This document shows positions 22,901 to 24,392 of a stretch of 24,392 nucleotides of DNA, piece by piece. Position 1 is the stretch's first letter. Every line of letters begins with the position of its first letter. Made by a program: the position numbers and the translations under genes. Source of the stretch: a virus (Duplodnaviria; Caudoviricetes); the IMG/VR virus record IMGVR_UViG_3300027627_000028, positions 1 to 24,392 of that record; one strand, written 5' to 3'. The notes under the pieces were generated by a model that was not told the DNA's origin, made no database searches, and was given only the letters and a program-made list of their open reading frames with translations.

Positions 22901-24392
22901 AACCCTTGCTGTTTCTTTTCGCGCTTCGGATTCCTTTGTTCCACGAACTGCGGCGAGCCGGCCCTCGTAAGCAGCGGTATCTGTTTCGAACTGCTGCTGC
23001 TTTTTCGCTCTATCCCTCTGTTTGGCGCCTTTACTTCCTGTAGTTATGTCAGTTGCCCTGGTCGGAGCGGCGCCGGCTCCCTTGGCTTCTGCGGCCGTTT
23101 GATCGTCCGTGGCTTTTTTTGCTAACTCCGTCTGGTCCTTCACCTCTTTGGCGGCAGTTTTTTTAGCTTGTTCTGCCGCTTTCAAATCTTGCTGCGCAAT
23201 CCTCTTAACACTAGTCGCAAAGTCTTTCAAGTAAAACGCGAGCGTAGTAATGCTTCCCGCGATAATGGAGAAGTCAACAGAATCTACTCCAGCGAAATTA
23301 GGAACAAGCCCCTGCGCCGCGCCCTGAGCTTGTATCTCTGTCGACGTTTTGCCTGACGCCCGATGTAGGTTAATGGCGTTGCTAAGCGAACCCTCTGTGG
23401 TGTTATAAACTCCTATACCACCACTGCTCTCAAGTCTAGAGTCGAAGCCGACTTTTACTTGCGAGGAAGAGTATCCGGCGGACCTTTCTCTGGATATGGC
23501 TTCGTTGACGGCGTTTTCCGCAAAATTCGGAACGAAACCACCAGCATACCCCTTTGATCCTTTCGTCATTACGGCTGCCTTTACGACTAATTGAGATAAT
23601 TTCTTTTTAAGCCCTGCGCTTACTTTAATACCGTATTCTTCTGCTTTAGTAACGAAATTCATCGCTTTCGGACCCGCAAATGATGAGGCATATAATGCAA
23701 TATTTTTGACAACATCAAGAACACTATTAGTCTCTACTCCTTGAGCAGCGTCCCCCAGAACTCCATCCGAGAAAAACTTTCCGGGCAAAGTTTTAAATAA
23801 ACCCCCAATTACGCCACTCGCTGTTCTATAAGTTCTAGCTTTAAGGGATCTTTCTCTTTGTTTTTCCGGATACCCAGGGGGTTTTGTAAAATTAAACGCA
23901 AAATTAGGAACAAAGCCTCTCGCCATTGGACCAACAGGCGGCCGTGGTGGTGGGTAGAAGAGGCCTTCAGGATTTTTCCGTCCGGGCCAATTCGTAAGTT
24001 TCGGACTATTAGCCTCGGTCTTGACAAGAGTTGGGTCAGGAATTTCTAGAGCGTCCTTTAGTCTTTCGAAATTCAGAGAAGGTTTAGTTTTTTTCACGAC
24101 CTTCTCAGTCAAATTCCTTCTGTTTTCTTTTCTATTAGAATGCGCTATACTCGCGGCCTTAGTTTTAGAGTTTTTAATCCGTTCTTCGTAGTCTTTAATT
24201 TGCGAGTTATACAGGACTCTGTCTTCTTCCGAGAAAGGCCCTGGGGCGCCAAACGCCGGCGTCTCCGAAGCTAAACGCTTTTTGTAATTTTCAATACCCT
24301 CTTTGCTATCTCTAATTATATCAGCCTCAATTTCTGATGGACTAATTCTATCTTTACTATATGCTCCGGACTTTCCACGAAGTTCAGATATG
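16955..24392 (-). CDS. H: Tail tape measure protein (partial, >2478 aa; 5' end outside the window)
   Basis: Long Ala/Lys/Glu/Gln-rich helical protein with Gly-zipper hydrophobic segments and two copies of the tape-measure C-terminal motif GG...D.[VI]PAMLT.GEYV.RK..V.KYG..F.DKLN.G; ends in NISVTVNV...LQTIIEQQRPGGLLY. Manual translation shows no in-frame stop between 24112 and the window end, so the TTG start in the track is not the real start. Confidence 0.92.
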   Translation of the reverse strand, partial: ISELRGKSGAYSKDRISPSEIEADIIRDSKEGIENYKKRLASETPAFGAPGPFSEEDRVLYNSQIKDYEERIKNSKTKAASIAHSNRKENRRNLTEKVVKKTKPSLNFERLKDALEIPDPTLVKTEANSPKLTNWPGRKNPEGLFYPPPRPPVGPMARGFVPNFAFNFTKPPGYPEKQRERSLKARTYRTASGVIGGLFKTLPGKFFSDGVLGDAAQGVETNSVLDVVKNIALYASSFAGPKAMNFVTKAEEYGIKVSAGLKKKLSQLVVKAAVMTKGSKGYAGGFVPNFAENAVNEAISRERSAGYSSSQVKVGFDSRLESSGGIGVYNTTEGSLSNAINLHRASGKTSTEIQAQGAAQGLVPNFAGVDSVDFSIIAGSITTLAFYLKDFATSVKRIAQQDLKAAEQAKKTAAKEVKDQTELAKKATDDQTAAEAKGAGAAPTRATDITTGSKGAKQRDRAKKQQQFETDTAAYEGRLAAVRGTKESEARKETARVANEAASQAQATGAQATSQAALAQGRLDAEKNKTFFGARGEGTMGIVNRNYADSKLGDFIKNKGMGAGLGVQVLAGAAEQFVGDTETPEGRRKKARVSMIGQAAGMAGTGAMIGGVPGAVVGAALGLSLGAFGAYKAGIKTSEDYAKALELATKAQTKAVESLNGYSQAQTNLNDLLSRGIGGAVLDNAIKDLMQKLKSVDDPDLLGELVKAGSDTSKIGEVTAKVTKNLAEKKEKGSIPGLLADIKEASPFFISDPIKESQKDRLKNVGTAISNAGGDLEGYTLSDLMKQTDRQLTKTLGVDEESSQQIKKLNPNERLFLLKDIKDKEQLEKTAKQATGGLQQLGVAAFKVAVAVRGMSRTSADLVTKSQITFDSSRKVTEAVESSNLNSPDLNALDKMDRTSRYQISKLTEEANFEKYKLTKTFQSDSLSEYAGKDLNAPGPIGAEKTIFDAFTGFSQGKEMSQAAQEALVESLNGNTTVQEELKAKFDNYNASIQQNDLRLKESTRVQQLQNDLLKLDFKSQERTKLVETGGLGTTDFSNAIEGIFSKDKFNNNFASRMETAKNKVSGYETLSRQGFNVEEPLREAKRVAFLQEAEASLNMLMGKEGAEKLLEAKDRGAKRDVLQKRGAADPELVSQIINALSAKDMTQEENKAKEAVLDGETKIRNLATNALGLNTDSILLLASSNLDLGAINEKLKTQMASLEAAILLKENAQKRVESESSLRGLGVEADKLQNRPAPMWTRKQSLLEKNADGTRKETPEEKTNRENFNKAIPGKLQPLAEKALKELNDAGDNINQGIVDIARNLAEKLESKELTAKIDPMQKQLDLKKEYSKAQKLESDYKSARSSFSSNVSELRAARDESYNANPQFYGSRGEFLERSVVFPDKVAPVSVPQVGQAGTQNVTASQANVQALGAQAANQRAERAKTVAAQTADQSKLKEAVNLANQPAPAGTPTTRDGKPIGPYYMPDFKTRQDTRSNALSKTVEKEKLSSTLIGAQVTSADKAYENNITSINDLTRIIVDATTSSEERSVAENKLKELIDAAPQLLVNKSMQDLDNALNTSKGQLQALSIGNEAMNAAVKKAENAFVQAKIGAIESAAALRAVSAPGYALEVAIERTKTALSAVEISAIESAAMFKAFTQDGTALRTAMAEATTAFNMAGMNLAKSTAELNSDVLDVAKQTQARDENTAINTAKKDFATGRTDATGIQNAESNQNLGRLRRGEIGVMEAFGADSMSKMRAESANTREQLLKDMIAIKESMVDSFKTGFESFAFEGKKAKDVMKDITRSLMKNLMKMSFNQGINKFYTQMGAGNIGAYATGGKVKGGSGGIDDVPAMLTSGEYVIRKGAVSKYGDKFFDKLNSGGPVKLAGGGLVPNEILPASMGIAIQKGGLNEILPASMGIAIGKAVSAPSVKDPLIMKTDRGSQVDLRSDEAKNDLNINVATQTDKFYGAGSMPSQTASSSSMSDNALSFALSNTFAYNDPEKPTIGKFFVDQGMSNQALEDVENPQNELRNRRYDLLTDYRQYLADEVNRRKTALEDFETEKKQMLKGAVISAAVSIGGQALGSIGGEFGKFIASPAGQASIAAVGNAAITAGMGGSGSEIALAAGMGAASSLVGSYTSRAAVQAGLEGQANSGDPSQMEDAASKFQSMGMGEQADAIRENIKYSQASRAESSYQSALSNGSSNMIELGAARAASYNANPQFYGPSGKFLEQPRVPVKMTEGAFGNAWGGNANEGASKYLSNQMGYNAKKPSTGSSAFNFQFNKAKKKARGGPMTGPEGTDRIPAMLTAGEYVVRKDSVEKYGMGFLDKLNRGNFDPGVMGFANGGLVPGEGVFSGGGSGVGLPQPVASPASSDVVSQSLMKLIGVAESIQKVLEDAEAEKDTEGGKGKQTNGEAAVAGQAITNNISVTVNVAKGQATTSEKSSSKEGGEEKEGGEESNPEDSEKFAGILQDVVLQTIIEQQRPGGLLYEGK
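17740..17864. repeat. Dispersed direct repeat, copy A (125 nt, 110/125 identical to 20254-20378)
   Basis: Ungapped manual alignment; encodes ESSYQSALSNGSSNMIELGAARAASYNANPQFYGPSGKFLE. Confidence 0.95.
18671..18773. repeat. Coding tandem duplication, two identical 36-nt cores 51 nt apart (NEILPASMGIAI x2)
   Basis: tatggctatccccatgctggctggcaatatctcatt at 18671-18706 and 18722-18757; taagccaccc at 18707-18716 and 18764-18773. Confidence 0.95.
20254..20378. repeat. Dispersed direct repeat, copy B (125 nt)
   Basis: Encodes ESDYKSARSSFSSNVSELRAARDESYNANPQFYGSRGEFLE; same frame and strand as copy A, 2514 nt away. Confidence 0.95.

Larger units (their letters stand above)
1..24392. other. Tail morphogenesis module of a large tailed phage or prophage (non-contractile lambda/T5-like tip)
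   Basis: Contiguous recognisable gpM, gpL, gpK, gpI, gpJ homologues and a tape measure protein; no host housekeeping genes; very dense packing. Free phage versus prophage cannot be decided from this window. Confidence 0.93.

Noticed and set aside
16359-24049. Numerous 60-130 aa + strand ORFs over the two right-hand genes, and the 23809-24027 minus ORF
   Set aside because: Antisense or alternative-frame shadows of long, motif-supported genes, with no independent evidence.
24110-24112. TTG start of the tape measure protein
   Set aside because: The frame stays open to the end of the window, so the real start is further upstream.

Overview
The whole window is the tail morphogenesis region of a large tailed bacteriophage (or prophage) with a long, probably non-contractile, lambda/T5-like tail. 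It is about 99% coding in the standard code. The centre is a + strand operon with lambda-like tail tip genes M-L-K-K-I-J plus a chaperone-like gene (6600-16047). Divergent to its left (- strand) are three paralogous tail-tube-like genes. The third is not in the ORF track because it runs off the window: a >1582 aa protein (4746 to <1) with a tube-like N-terminus, about 12 IPT/TIG-like Ig repeats and 17-aa beta repeats. Convergent from the right (- strand) are a giant tape measure protein (>2478 aa, open to the window edge) and a GxGY-type structural gene. Notable oddities: duplicated gpK, carbohydrate-binding-like modules inserted in gpM and gpL, a shared GTGTAA+(nnnAAGG)x3 leader, five STOP-N-ATG junctions, repeated G[FL]VPNFA motifs in the tape measure, and a 125-nt duplication whose 15 differences are all non-synonymous. 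No RNA genes, CRISPR arrays or IS elements were seen. All family calls are from motif recognition by eye, not database searches.
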